DNA of 28,272 bases from Gemmatimonadaceae bacterium (GCA_040901985.1 JBBDYC010000003.1:1-28272); one strand, 5' to 3'. Counted from the first letter of the stretch, positions 16,938-26,735 are shown. The notes: generated by a model from the sequence alone, not told the origin. A program made the numbers and translations.

Positions 16938-17405
16938 GTGCGGATCACTCCCCGCGTCCTCGCCCCCGCCTTGGCCCTCGCGCTCGGCATCGTTGCGGCG
17001 TGCGGCACTCCGCGGCCGCGCGCACTCCTCCTCGGCGAGGATCAGTGCGCCTACTGCCGGATGGAAATCACCGACCCGCGCTTCGGGGCGCAGGTCATCA
17101 TGCGCACGGGGCGGATCTACGTCTTTGACGCAGTGGAGTGCCTCGTCGGATTCGTGCGCGGGCACGACGCGGAGCTGATCGGGTCCGTCTGGGTGGCCGA
17201 CGCGGCGACCGGCGGCGCGTTCATCCGCGCCGAGGAGGCGGGGTTCCTGCTCGACGGCTCGCTCCGCGCCCCGATGGGGCGCGCGGTAGCCTTCGCAACG
17301 CCGGCAGCCGCGGACTCCCAGCGCCTACGCCTCGGCGGTGTCTCGGTGACGTGGACCGCGCTCGTCACCGACAGCGCGGGAATCGTCACGTCCGGCGGGC
17401 ACTGA
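16938..17405 (+). CDS. nosL: NosL copper chaperone lipoprotein
   Basis: Lipobox VAAC, CAYCRMEI, FDAVEC, APMG. Confidence 0.92.
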   Translation: MRITPRVLAPALALALGIVAACGTPRPRALLLGEDQCAYCRMEITDPRFGAQVIMRTGRIYVFDAVECLVGFVRGHDAELIGSVWVADAATGGAFIRAEEAGFLLDGSLRAPMGRAVAFATPAAADSQRLRLGGVSVTWTALVTDSAGIVTSGGH

Positions 17406-17406
17406 G

Positions 17407-18657
17407 ATGCGCGCCGGCGCCGGGTCCTTGCTGCCGCTCCTGCTGTTCCTCGCCCTCGCCGCCGCGCCCGGCGCCCGAGCGCAGGAACTCGCCGTTGGCC
17501 CCGGCGCACGCTTCGCGACCATCACCGCCGCGCTTGCGGCGGCGACGCCGGGAGCGGTGATCCGCGTCCACGCGGGGACCTACCGCGAGCCGACGCTCCA
17601 GGTGCGCACGCCCGGCGTCACGATCGTCGGCGAGGGGTGGCCGGTGCTCGACGGCGAAGGCCAGCGGGAACTGCTGGTCATCAGTGCGCCCGACGTCACC
17701 GTCCGCGGCCTGGTCTTCGGCAATACCGGCGTCGCGCATATGGAGGACCGCGCCGCGTTGCGCGTCGTCGAGACCGCACGCTGCGTGGTCGAGGGGAATC
17801 GCTTCCGCGACGCACTCTTCGCGATCTACCTCCAGCGCGCCGACGGCTGCCTGATCCACGACAACGACATCCAGTCGAGCGGCGCCGGGGAGTCCACCAA
17901 CGGCAACGGCGTGCACCTCTGGCACTCGCCGCGCACGCGAGTCACCGGCAACCGCATCCGCGGCCAGCGCGACGGCATCTACTTCGAGTTTTCCGCCGGC
18001 GCGGTGGCGGTCGGCAACACGAGCGAGGAGAACAGCCGCTACGGGCTGCACTTCATGTTCTCCGACTCCTGTCGGTACGAGGACAACACCTTCCGGCGCA
18101 ACGGGGCCGGCGTCGCCGTGATGTACAGCAAGGGCATCACGATGCACCGCAACCAGTTTCTCGACGCGCGGGGGAGCGCCGCCTACGCGCTCCTCCTCAA
18201 GGAGATCACCGACGGGTCACTGGTCGGGAATCGGTTCGTCGGGAGCTCGACCGGCCTCTACCTCGAGGGCGCCTCGCGGCTCGAGATCCGCGACAACGAC
18301 TTCCAGGCCAACGGCTGGGCGGTGCGCCTGATGGGCGATGCGCTCGACAACCGGTTCACCGGGAACCGCTTCGTCGGCAACGCGTTCGACGTGACGACCA
18401 ACAGCCGCACCGTGCGCAGCACGTTCGACGGCAACTGGTGGGACAGCTATCGCGGCTACGACCTCGACCGGGATGGTCGCGGCGACGTGCCATTCCACCC
18501 GGTCCGATTCTTCGCGCTTGTCGTCGAGCGGCACCCGGCGGCACTGCTCCTCCTCCGGAGCCCGGTGACACTCGTCCTCGACGCCGCGGAACGCGTCTTT
18601 CCGGTGCTCACGCCCGCGTTGGCCGATCCGGCACCGCTGATGAGGTCCCCACGATGA
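17407..18657 (+). CDS. nosD: NosD periplasmic maturation protein (beta-helix)
   Basis: Signal peptide, GNGVHLW, RDGIYFEFS, RYGLHFMFS, GNWWDSYRGYDLDRDGRGDVP. Confidence 0.95.
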   Translation: MRAGAGSLLPLLLFLALAAAPGARAQELAVGPGARFATITAALAAATPGAVIRVHAGTYREPTLQVRTPGVTIVGEGWPVLDGEGQRELLVISAPDVTVRGLVFGNTGVAHMEDRAALRVVETARCVVEGNRFRDALFAIYLQRADGCLIHDNDIQSSGAGESTNGNGVHLWHSPRTRVTGNRIRGQRDGIYFEFSAGAVAVGNTSEENSRYGLHFMFSDSCRYEDNTFRRNGAGVAVMYSKGITMHRNQFLDARGSAAYALLLKEITDGSLVGNRFVGSSTGLYLEGASRLEIRDNDFQANGWAVRLMGDALDNRFTGNRFVGNAFDVTTNSRTVRSTFDGNWWDSYRGYDLDRDGRGDVPFHPVRFFALVVERHPAALLLLRSPVTLVLDAAERVFPVLTPALADPAPLMRSPR

Positions 18658-19388
18658 TCACACTTGACGGACTGCGGAAGGCGTACGGCCCGCGGTCGGT
18701 GCTCGACGGTGTCTCGCTCGCGCTCGCGCCGGGGCGCATCACCGCGCTGGTCGGCCCGAATGGATCGGGCAAGACGACGCTGATCAAGTGCCTGCTTGGA
18801 CTCGCGCGTCCCGACGCCGGCCGGATCCTCCTCGACGGCGTCGCCATTGACGCCGCCGGTGCGTACCGCGCGCGTATCGGTTACGCGCCGCAGGCCCCGC
18901 ACTTTCCGGCGAATCTCGCGGTGGGCGAGGTCTTCGCGATGCTGCGGGCGCTGCGCCCCGGCGCCACCATTGATGAAGGGTTACTGGAGTCGTTCGGCCT
19001 CCGCGCCGAGTGGGGCACGCCCGTCGGCACGCTGTCCGGCGGGTGGCGACAGAAGGTCAGCCTCGCCGCAGCCTGGCTCTTCCGCCCCGACGTCCTGATC
19101 CTCGACGAGCCAACCGCCGGCCTCGATCCGATTGCCGCCGGACTGTTCAAGCACGCCCTTCGCGGCGCGCGCAGCGACGGGCGCACCGTGTGCATCACCT
19201 CGCACATCCTCAGCGAGCTCGAGGAGTTTGCCGACGACGTGGCCTTCCTCAACGAGGGGCGGCTGCGCTTTGCCGGGCCGGTGCACGCCTTGCTGGAGGA
19301 GACGGGGATGCGTCGGCTCGAACCGGCGATCGCCGCGCTCCTGCGCGGGCTGCGGGTGGAGCAGGGCGGCGTGGGAGCGGTGGCGTGA
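18654..19388 (+). CDS. nosF: NosF ABC ATPase
   Basis: ATGA overlap with nosD; Walker A GPNGSGKT, LSGG signature, ILDEPTAGLD, SH switch. Confidence 0.92.
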   Translation: MITLDGLRKAYGPRSVLDGVSLALAPGRITALVGPNGSGKTTLIKCLLGLARPDAGRILLDGVAIDAAGAYRARIGYAPQAPHFPANLAVGEVFAMLRALRPGATIDEGLLESFGLRAEWGTPVGTLSGGWRQKVSLAAAWLFRPDVLILDEPTAGLDPIAAGLFKHALRGARSDGRTVCITSHILSELEEFADDVAFLNEGRLRFAGPVHALLEETGMRRLEPAIAALLRGLRVEQGGVGAVA

Positions 19389-20176
19389 GCGCCGTCGCCC
19401 TCGTCCTCCGCGCCGGCGCGCGTGACCTCGCGCGGAATCGCTGGCTCCTCGCCTATGGCCTCGGCCTCGCCGGTGTCGCCGAACTCCTCTTCCTCTTTGG
19501 GGGGGCGGGGAATCAGGTGGTGTTGAGCCTGCTCAACGCGACGTTGCTGCTGGTCCCGCTCGTCGCGCTCGTCTTCGGCACGATGCACGTCTATGCCTCG
19601 CGCGAGTTCATCGAGCTGCTGCTCGCGCAACCCCTCGCGCGGCCGGCCGTCTTCACCGGGCTCTACCTCGGGCTCGCGCTTCCGCTCACCGCCGCCTTCC
19701 TGCTCGGCATCGGGGTGCCGCTCCTGCTCCACGGCGCGGCCGCGGAGGCGCCAAGGGCCGCGCTCGTCGCACTCGCGGCGGGCGGCGTATTCCTCACCGC
19801 CACGTTCAGCGCGCTCGCGATGGCGATCGCCCTCGGCACCGACGACCGCCTCAAGGGGATGTCGCTCTCGCTCGCCGCTTGGTTCCTCCTCACGATCGGC
19901 TACGATGGTGGCGTGCTGGCCGTCGTCTCGCTCTTCGGAAACTGGCCGCTCGAGCGCCCCCTCCTCGGGCTGATGCTCGGCAACCCCGTGGACCTCGCGC
20001 GCGTGCTGGTGCTGACCTCGCTCGACGCCTCCGCCCTGCTCGGCTACACGGGGGCGCTCTTCCGTCGCGCCTTCGGTTCGGCGGTCGGGCCGCTGATTGC
20101 CCTCGCCGCCCTGTCACTCTGGTGCGCGCTCCCCGTCTCTCTCGCCCGTCGGCGCTTCGTTCGGCGCGACTTCTGA
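19385..20176 (+). CDS. nosY: NosY ABC permease
   Basis: GTGA overlap with nosF; multi-TM; REFIELLLAQPL and NPVDLAR motifs. Confidence 0.92.
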   Translation: MSAVALVLRAGARDLARNRWLLAYGLGLAGVAELLFLFGGAGNQVVLSLLNATLLLVPLVALVFGTMHVYASREFIELLLAQPLARPAVFTGLYLGLALPLTAAFLLGIGVPLLLHGAAAEAPRAALVALAAGGVFLTATFSALAMAIALGTDDRLKGMSLSLAAWFLLTIGYDGGVLAVVSLFGNWPLERPLLGLMLGNPVDLARVLVLTSLDASALLGYTGALFRRAFGSAVGPLIALAALSLWCALPVSLARRRFVRRDF

Positions 20177-20208
20177 CCACCCTTCGTCATCCCATCCGGA
20201 GACGTCCT

Positions 20209-20646
20209 ATGCCCGCGCCATCGTCCCTCCGCCGTGCGGCGGTTATCCTCATCCTCGGGACCGCGACCGCCTGCGGCGGCGATGCCGCACCGCGCGACAC
20301 GGCCGCCTCGGCCCCGGCCGCCCCGGCAATCTCCTTCGACACCGCCCGCATCACGCCGGCGATGGTCGCCCTCGGTGACAGCCTCTTCCACGGCAGGATT
20401 GGCGCCACGTCCTGCCAGGCCTGCCACGGCGTGGCTGGCCGCAACGGCGTCGCCGCCCCCGACCTCGCCGACGGCCGATGGCTCCACGGCGACGGCTCCT
20501 TTGAGTTCATCTTCCGCACGATCAAGAGCGGCGTGATGGCGCCCAAGGAGTTCAGCAGCGTGATGCCGCCGTACGGTGGCGTGACGATGACCGACGACCG
20601 CACGCTCGCCGTGGCCGCGTACGTCTACCGACTCAACAATCCGTAG
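20209..20646 (+). CDS. Monoheme c-type cytochrome lipoprotein
   Basis: ATG at 20209 with GGAG upstream; lipobox-like ATAC; CQACH heme motif; distal Met in MPPYGG. Confidence 0.9.
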   Translation: MPAPSSLRRAAVILILGTATACGGDAAPRDTAASAPAAPAISFDTARITPAMVALGDSLFHGRIGATSCQACHGVAGRNGVAAPDLADGRWLHGDGSFEFIFRTIKSGVMAPKEFSSVMPPYGGVTMTDDRTLAVAAYVYRLNNP

Positions 20647-21704
20647 GCCGTCCGCCACCGCTCGACCTTCTCCAGCACCTGCCGGACGGTGATCCGCGGC
20701 ATCCGGTCGCGCCGCGTCTCCATCGTCACCGGGTACTCCTCCCCCGGCTCGCCGTAGGCATCAATCGTCAGGTCGCCGAACTTCCGGTATGGCCCGACGC
20801 GCCGGGGATTCGCGTAGCCGAGCAGCGAGATCACCGGCGTGTCGAGCGCCACGCTGAGGTGCAGCGGGCCGGTGTCCGGCGAGAGCACGAGCGCCGCGCC
20901 GTCAATGATCGCCGCGAGGCCGCGCAGGCCGCCGTTGCCGAGCGCGCTCACCGGCGTGCTGCGCGCGCGCTCGAGGATGGTCCGTTCGGCGGCGCGTTCG
21001 CGCGACGAGTTCCCGCCGACCAGCACCGGCTGCAGCGCGAAGTCGTGGTGGAGTGCGTCGCAGACCTCCGCCCACCGCTCGGGGAGCCAGTCCTTCTGCG
21101 GCTTGCTGGTCGCGACGACAATCGGCGCGATCGGGCGCTCGAGGCGCGTGAGGAAGTCGCGTTGCCACGCGCGCTCGGCGTCGCTCCAGGGGCCGATCCG
21201 CCACTCCAGCGCGCCGCGCGGCACGCCCAGCCAGTCGAGGAACTCGAGGTACTGGTCCTGCATATGCTGCAGCGGACGCGCAGGGAGCCGCGTGTTGGTG
21301 AAGAGCCAGCTCAAGTCACGGGCCCGCGCGCGGTCGAACCCGAGCCGCACCGGCGCCGGCGCAAACGAGGCCACGATCCCTGACTTGAGGTAGGGCTGCA
21401 GCACCAGCACGACGTCGAATGCGCGCCGCCGCAGTTCGCGTCGCACCGCGGCGAAGCCGCGCCAGCCACTGGCGCGCTGGAAGGGGATGATCTCGTGGAT
21501 CGCCGGATGCCCGTCGAGCAGGCCCACCAGGCCGGGCTGCATCACCCACGTGATTCGCGAGCGCGGGTGGGCGCGCACGATGGCGTTGATCACCGGGAGC
21601 GCGTGGATTGCGTCGCCGACGGCGGCGAGCATCACCACGCAGACGCGGTCGAGCGGGACGCGCGGGCTCGGCGCGGCGGCGTCGGCCGCAGCCCGCTCAC
21701 CCAC
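20625..21704 (-). CDS. Glycosyltransferase family 9 (LPS heptosyltransferase-like)
   Basis: GTG at 21704 with GAGG upstream; MLAAVGDAIH, KDWLPERW, SPDTGPLHL. Confidence 0.9.
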   Translation of the reverse strand: MGERAAADAAAPSPRVPLDRVCVVMLAAVGDAIHALPVINAIVRAHPRSRITWVMQPGLVGLLDGHPAIHEIIPFQRASGWRGFAAVRRELRRRAFDVVLVLQPYLKSGIVASFAPAPVRLGFDRARARDLSWLFTNTRLPARPLQHMQDQYLEFLDWLGVPRGALEWRIGPWSDAERAWQRDFLTRLERPIAPIVVATSKPQKDWLPERWAEVCDALHHDFALQPVLVGGNSSRERAAERTILERARSTPVSALGNGGLRGLAAIIDGAALVLSPDTGPLHLSVALDTPVISLLGYANPRRVGPYRKFGDLTIDAYGEPGEEYPVTMETRRDRMPRITVRQVLEKVERWRTAYGLLSR

Positions 21705-22770
21705 GCGGCGCCTCGAACGATGACCCGCTCGAGCGGAACTGCACGCGCCGCCACTGCTCGACCTTGGCCAGTACCTGCTCGACCGTGATCCGTCCCATCC
21801 GGCCGCGCCGTCGCACCCAGAGCACCTCGTCCGGCGGGTCATCCGGCTCGGCGAAGGCATTCACGACGAGGTCCTGGTCCCGTCCGTAGGGTCCGGTGCG
21901 CTTGGGGTCGGCCTGCGCCATCAGGGCGATCACCGGTGTGTCCACCGCCACGCTCAGGTGGAGCGGTGCCGTGTCGAGTGAGATCGTCAGCGCCGCCCCG
22001 TCGAGGATCCCCACCAGCCCGCGCAGCCCGCCGACGCCGAGCGCGTCGGTCGGCGCGCTGACCTTGGCGAGCGCGCGCACGGCGGCAGCGGTCGCCCGTT
22101 CGCGCGCGCTCGTCCCCCCGACGAGCACCGGCTGGAGGCCGTACCCGGCGTAGAGCGCGTCGCAGACCGCCGCCCACCGCTCGCTGCGCCAGTCACGGTC
22201 GGGGTCGCTCGTCCCGCAGACGATTGCCGCCACCGGGCGGTCGAAGCGCGCGAAGAAGTCGCGGTGCGCCGCGCGCTCCGACTCCCACGGCCCGATTCCC
22301 CACGTCACCGGCGTCTGCGGGATGCCGAGATGCGCCAGGAACTCGAAGTACTGGTCCTGCACGTGCCGTCGCGGGCCGGCGGGGATGCGGTGCGTGGTGA
22401 AGAGCCAGTTCCCGTCGCGCGCCCGTGCACGGTCGAACCCCAGCTTCACCGGCGCGCGCGTGAACGCGGTGACGATCCCCGCCTTGAGCGACACCTGGAG
22501 GTCGAGCACGAGGTCGAACTCGCGCGCGGCGAGGACGCGCCGCAGCTCGAGGAATCCGCGCGCGCCGCGCGCGTAGTCGAACGGGATGATCTCGTCGAGC
22601 GCGGGATGGCCGTGGACGAGCGAGGCCGGCCCAGGTTGCAGCACCCAGCTCACCCGCATCGCCGGGTGGTGCCGCTTGAGCGCCGTCAGCACCGGGAGCA
22701 CGTGCACGGTGTCGCCGATCGCCGACATCATCACGATGCAGACGCGCTCCATCGGCACGCGGAGCGTCAT
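21697..22770 (-). CDS. Glycosyltransferase family 9 (LPS heptosyltransferase-like), paralog
   Basis: ATG at 22770; MMSAIGDTVH, RDWRSERW, SLDTAPLHL. Confidence 0.9.
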   Translation of the reverse strand: MTLRVPMERVCIVMMSAIGDTVHVLPVLTALKRHHPAMRVSWVLQPGPASLVHGHPALDEIIPFDYARGARGFLELRRVLAAREFDLVLDLQVSLKAGIVTAFTRAPVKLGFDRARARDGNWLFTTHRIPAGPRRHVQDQYFEFLAHLGIPQTPVTWGIGPWESERAAHRDFFARFDRPVAAIVCGTSDPDRDWRSERWAAVCDALYAGYGLQPVLVGGTSARERATAAAVRALAKVSAPTDALGVGGLRGLVGILDGAALTISLDTAPLHLSVAVDTPVIALMAQADPKRTGPYGRDQDLVVNAFAEPDDPPDEVLWVRRRGRMGRITVEQVLAKVEQWRRVQFRSSGSSFEAPRG

Positions 22771-22771
22771 C

Positions 22772-23545
22772 TCAGGCGAGTCCGGCGTAGCCGGCGAGGT
22801 GCGCGATCGCCTCCTCCGGCATCGCCAGGCCGCGGTGGTCGCGGAGCTTGCGGAGCGAGCGTCGCAGGCGCGCGAAGTTGAGCCCGCCGACCCGCGCGTC
22901 GCCCGGCGCGAGGAAGCGCACGCGGTCCACGTCGAGCGCATAGGCACGCCAGGCGCTCCCCTCGCGGGCGACATAGATGTTGGTCGCGTTGAGGTCGGCG
23001 TGATGCGCGCCGATGTTCTGCAGCGCCCGCAACAGGGCGCCGGTGGCGACGAGGAGCGCGTCGCGCGACGCGGCGTCGGACGTCGCCCAGCGCGTCGGCA
23101 GGTCGGCGCCGTCGGGCAATCGGCGCGTCGCCACGTCGCAGCGACAGAGGCCGGGGCCCGCCGGATACAGCACGTACGCCACCATCTCCGGCGTCGGCAC
23201 GCCCGCCCCGCGCAGCCGCTGCGACACCGCAAGCTCCCACGGCGCGCGCCCCGGATGCACGAACCGGTCGCCGGTCAGCGACGCGAAGAGGCCGCCGTGC
23301 TGCGCGTGGCGCACCACGACGTCAATGCCGGTCCGCGGCAGCCGTGCGCCCCACGCCGTCGCGCGTCCCTCGTACGCCTTGGCGCCGGGAATCGTCGAGG
23401 CCCAGGCGTGCAGCGTCCGGCAGATCTGGAGTGCCTCGCGGATCCCCGCCTTGGCGTCGTCGCGGGCGACCACCGTCGCCTCGTCCACCGCGAAGCGTGC
23501 GTATCCCGTCGGGGCCGTGAGCGGGGATCCGCCGGCGTCGGTCAC
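22772..23545 (-). CDS. Kdo kinase / LPS kinase-like protein
   Basis: GTG at 23545 (GTGA overlap); GRATAW, VVRHAQHGG, HADLNATNI, ALDVDR, NFARLRRSLRK. Confidence 0.85.
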   Translation of the reverse strand: MTDAGGSPLTAPTGYARFAVDEATVVARDDAKAGIREALQICRTLHAWASTIPGAKAYEGRATAWGARLPRTGIDVVVRHAQHGGLFASLTGDRFVHPGRAPWELAVSQRLRGAGVPTPEMVAYVLYPAGPGLCRCDVATRRLPDGADLPTRWATSDAASRDALLVATGALLRALQNIGAHHADLNATNIYVAREGSAWRAYALDVDRVRFLAPGDARVGGLNFARLRRSLRKLRDHRGLAMPEEAIAHLAGYAGLA

Positions 23546-25116
23546 CGCTTGACGCGGAAGACGGGGAGCTTCTGGCTCTTTCCCTTGAGTTCCATCGGCG
23601 GGAGCGGCTCCAGCGGCGGCGGCGACCCGAGCGCGGCGCGGAATGGTTCGGAGAGAAGGATTTCCCCCGGCCCCGCAGCGCCGCAGAGCCGGCTCGACAC
23701 GTTCACCGGGTCGCCGATCACCGTGTACTCGAGCCGGCGGTCGCTGCCGATGTTGCCGGCAAAGACGTCGCCCACGTTGAGCCCGATCCCGATCTCGAGG
23801 ATCGGGCGTCCCTCGGTCTTCCAGCGTGCGTTGAGCCGGTCGAGCTCGGTCATCATGTCGAGCGCGGCGTTCATCGCCCGGTCGCAGTCGTCGTGCTCGC
23901 CGATCGGCGCGCCCCACTGCGCCATCACCGAGTCGCCGATGAACTTGTCGAGCGTGCCGCCGTGGCGGAACACGCACTCCACCATCTCGGTGAAGTACTC
24001 GGTGAGCAACGTCGCCATCGTGTCCGGATTCATCGTCTCCGAGAGGGCGGTGAAGCCGCGGATGTCGCTGAAGAGCACCGCGACGCGCCGCTTGTCGCCG
24101 CCGAGCTTCACCGCGTCCGGGCTCGACGCGATCCGCGCCGCGAGGTGCGGCGTGAAGAAGCGCTCAAAGTTGCTCCGCGCCACCAGCTCCACCCGGATCC
24201 GCTCGGCGAACTGCCCGTTCTCGAGCGCCACGGCGGCGATCCCCGAGAACGCGATCAAGAAGTCGAGGTCGGTCTCGCCGAACCGCTTGAGCGAGAAGTT
24301 GTCCACGTAGATCACGCCGAGCACCTTGTTCTCGCTCCCGAGGAGCGGCACACACATCGCCGAGCGGACCTTCTGGAGCACCACCGACTGGCCGGTGAAC
24401 CGCTGGTCCTCGCCGGCATCGTCGGAGAGCACCGCGACCTTGTCGGTCACCGCGGTCAGCGTGATGGACTGCGGAATCTCGTCTGACGCCGCCTCGCCGC
24501 GCCGGTCGCGCGAGATCTGCAGCTGCAGGTGCCCGTCGCGGTCCATCAGGAGAATCGCGCAGCGGTCCGCTTCGAGCGTCTGGAACGCGTACTCGGCGAT
24601 CTTCACGAGCAGCCCGTGCACGTCGGTCGCGCGGGTGAGGCCCTTCGAGACCTCAAGCAGGATTGCCAGTTTGCGGCGGTCCTTCTCCACCTGGCTGGCG
24701 TCGCCGGCGAGCTGCTGCTTGACGCTCCCGCTGTCGCGGGCGAGCGCGCCCACCTCGCCCGAGTTCGGGATCTTGCGGACGATCGTCGCCCCTGCCATCG
24801 CCTTGCCGCCGCCCGGCGGCGGCTTCGGTGCCGCCACCTTCTCGAGCCGGAAGACGACCTTGCCGAAGATCACCTCGTCGCCCGCCTTGGCGATCGCGCG
24901 GTCAATTTTCGAGCCGTTCACGAACGTGCCGTTGCTCGACCCGGCGTCAATGATCTCGACGCCCCCGTCGCTGACCACGAGGTCGGCGTGCTTGCGCGAC
25001 ATCGTCGGGTCCACGATCGGGCAGTCGTTCGTGACCGCGCGCCCGACGCTCAGCGGCTTCGGGCCGCTGAGCTCGAACTTGAATTCGTTGTCAATCCCGA
25101 CGAGGCGAAAGTGCAT
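23542..25116 (-). CDS. Class III adenylate cyclase with FHA and GAF domains
   Basis: FHA VGR..MSRKHA..GSSNGTFVNG; GAF SAMCVPL..GVIYVDN; cyclase LFSDIRGFT, DKFIGD, EYTVIGDPVNVSSRL (ATP-specifying K/T). Confidence 0.93.
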   Translation of the reverse strand: MHFRLVGIDNEFKFELSGPKPLSVGRAVTNDCPIVDPTMSRKHADLVVSDGGVEIIDAGSSNGTFVNGSKIDRAIAKAGDEVIFGKVVFRLEKVAAPKPPPGGGKAMAGATIVRKIPNSGEVGALARDSGSVKQQLAGDASQVEKDRRKLAILLEVSKGLTRATDVHGLLVKIAEYAFQTLEADRCAILLMDRDGHLQLQISRDRRGEAASDEIPQSITLTAVTDKVAVLSDDAGEDQRFTGQSVVLQKVRSAMCVPLLGSENKVLGVIYVDNFSLKRFGETDLDFLIAFSGIAAVALENGQFAERIRVELVARSNFERFFTPHLAARIASSPDAVKLGGDKRRVAVLFSDIRGFTALSETMNPDTMATLLTEYFTEMVECVFRHGGTLDKFIGDSVMAQWGAPIGEHDDCDRAMNAALDMMTELDRLNARWKTEGRPILEIGIGLNVGDVFAGNIGSDRRLEYTVIGDPVNVSSRLCGAAGPGEILLSEPFRAALGSPPPLEPLPPMELKGKSQKLPVFRVKR

Positions 25117-26644
25117 CGGATGGAATATACGGCGCGTCCGCGGCTTGCACCCGGCCGATTGCGGTCAGCATCGCCCGCGCCTTGGACTCCGTCTCGTCCC
25201 ACTCGCGCGCCGGGTCGGAGTCGGCCACGATCCCCGCCCCCGCCTGCACCGAGGCCTCGTCGCCGGCGAGGACGCACGTCCGGATGGTGATCGCGAGGTC
25301 CATCCGGCGATCCCCCCAGCCGATGTGGCCCACCGCCCCCGCGTAGGGACCGCGACGCTCCGGCTCCAACTCGTCAATCAGCTCCATCGCCCGGACCTTC
25401 GGCGCGCCGGTCATCGTCCCCGCCGGGAACACCGCCCGAAACACCTCCAGCGACGACGCGTCGGCTTCCAGCGCGCCCTCCACCTCGCTCACTAGGTGGA
25501 GCACGTGCGAGTACCGCTCCACCGCCATCAGCTCGGTGACGTGCACGCTGCCGTAGCGCGCCACGCGCCCGACGTCGTTGCGGCCGAGGTCCACGAGCAT
25601 GATGTGCTCGGCGCGCTCCTTGGGGTCGGCGAGCAGCTCGGCGCCGCGGGACGCGTCCTCGTCCGGCGTGTCGCCGCGCGGCCGCGTGCCGGCGATCGGC
25701 CGCACGACGACCCGGCCGTCGCTGACGCGCACGAGCAGCTCGGGCGAGCTCCCGACCAGCTCGACGCCGTCGAGGACGAGGTGGAACATATACGGCGAGG
25801 GATTCAGCGCGCGGATGGCCCGGTAGAGTGCCGCGCCGTCGAAGTCGCGGCGGACGACGATTCGCCGGGCGAGCAGCGCCTGGAAGACGTCCCCGGCGAC
25901 GATGTGTTCCTTGATCCGCGCGACGTGCGCCAGGAAATCGGCGCGCATATACGTCGAGCGACCGGTCGCCGGTGGCGCTGCGGGGTCGAGGTCGAGCGCC
26001 GGCAGCGCCGGCCCGCCCCGGAGGCGCGCAATCGTCGCGTCGAGCTCCCCCTCGGCCGCCTCGAAGGCCCGCCGCATCGCCGGCCCGTCGCCCTGCTCCG
26101 GCGCGACGACGCAGGCGACCACTCGCGCCCGCGCGCGCAGGTTGTCCACGATCACCACGGTGCCGGTGAGCAGAAACAGCGCGTCGGGGCACGGGATGGT
26201 GCGCGGCGGGGCCGACGGTAGCCGCTCGATATGACGCACCACATCGTAGCCGAAGTACCCGACCGCCCCGCCCCAGAACGGGCCAAGCTCGGGCACGTTC
26301 ACCGGTTCGTGCTCAGTGAGCCGACCGCGGAGGTCGGCCAGCGGGTCGGCGGGTGTGCGCGCACCGTGCCAACCGCGTCCGGGCGTCCAATCCTCGACCG
26401 TGCCGTCCACGAGCCGCCACGCCGCGCGGGGCGCCGTCCCGAGGAAGGTGTAGCGGCCCCAGGTCTCGCTCCCCGCCGGCGCCGACTCGAGGAGAAAGCC
26501 GAAGGGCGGCTGCCGCAGCCGATGGAACGCCGCCACCGGCGTCTCGGCGTCGAGCTGCACGTCGCGCCAGACGGGCACCAGCGCGCCTGTCCCGGCGCCG
26601 GTGCGTGCGCGCGCGGCGAAGGCCTCGAACGCCCGATCGCTCAC
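25091..26644 (-). CDS. trpE: Anthranilate synthase component I
   Basis: GTG at 26644; FLLESA, NPSPYM Trp-feedback motifs, PIAGTRPRG, EHIMLVDLGRND, PAGTMTGAPK, QAGAGIVADS. Confidence 0.92.
   Translation of the reverse strand: MSDRAFEAFAARARTGAGTGALVPVWRDVQLDAETPVAAFHRLRQPPFGFLLESAPAGSETWGRYTFLGTAPRAAWRLVDGTVEDWTPGRGWHGARTPADPLADLRGRLTEHEPVNVPELGPFWGGAVGYFGYDVVRHIERLPSAPPRTIPCPDALFLLTGTVVIVDNLRARARVVACVVAPEQGDGPAMRRAFEAAEGELDATIARLRGGPALPALDLDPAAPPATGRSTYMRADFLAHVARIKEHIVAGDVFQALLARRIVVRRDFDGAALYRAIRALNPSPYMFHLVLDGVELVGSSPELLVRVSDGRVVVRPIAGTRPRGDTPDEDASRGAELLADPKERAEHIMLVDLGRNDVGRVARYGSVHVTELMAVERYSHVLHLVSEVEGALEADASSLEVFRAVFPAGTMTGAPKVRAMELIDELEPERRGPYAGAVGHIGWGDRRMDLAITIRTCVLAGDEASVQAGAGIVADSDPAREWDETESKARAMLTAIGRVQAADAPYIPSDALSPRRD
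25124..25129 (-). promoter_or_regulatory. -10 element of probable leaderless cyclase transcript (inside trpE 3' end)
   Basis: TATATT 7 nt before the ATG at 25116; no SD. Confidence 0.5.
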
Positions 26645-26716
26645 GCGGCCGCCCCGGCCGCCCAAGCCGCCCCAGCCACCCCGGCCGCCCCAGCCACCGC
26701 GGCCGCTGCGGCCAGC
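26645..26716. repeat. Eight imperfect 9-bp tandem units (consensus ccggccgcc) immediately upstream of trpE
   Basis: gcggccgcc ccggccgcc caagccgcc ccagccacc ccggccgcc ccagccacc gcggccgct gcggccagc. Confidence 0.8.
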
Positions 26717-26735
26717 GTCGCCCTCGCCGGAGAAG

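Noticed and set aside
14343..17165. 940-aa ORF antisense to nosZ-nosB-nosL
   Set aside because: Codon-bias shadow of real genes; no recognisable domain.
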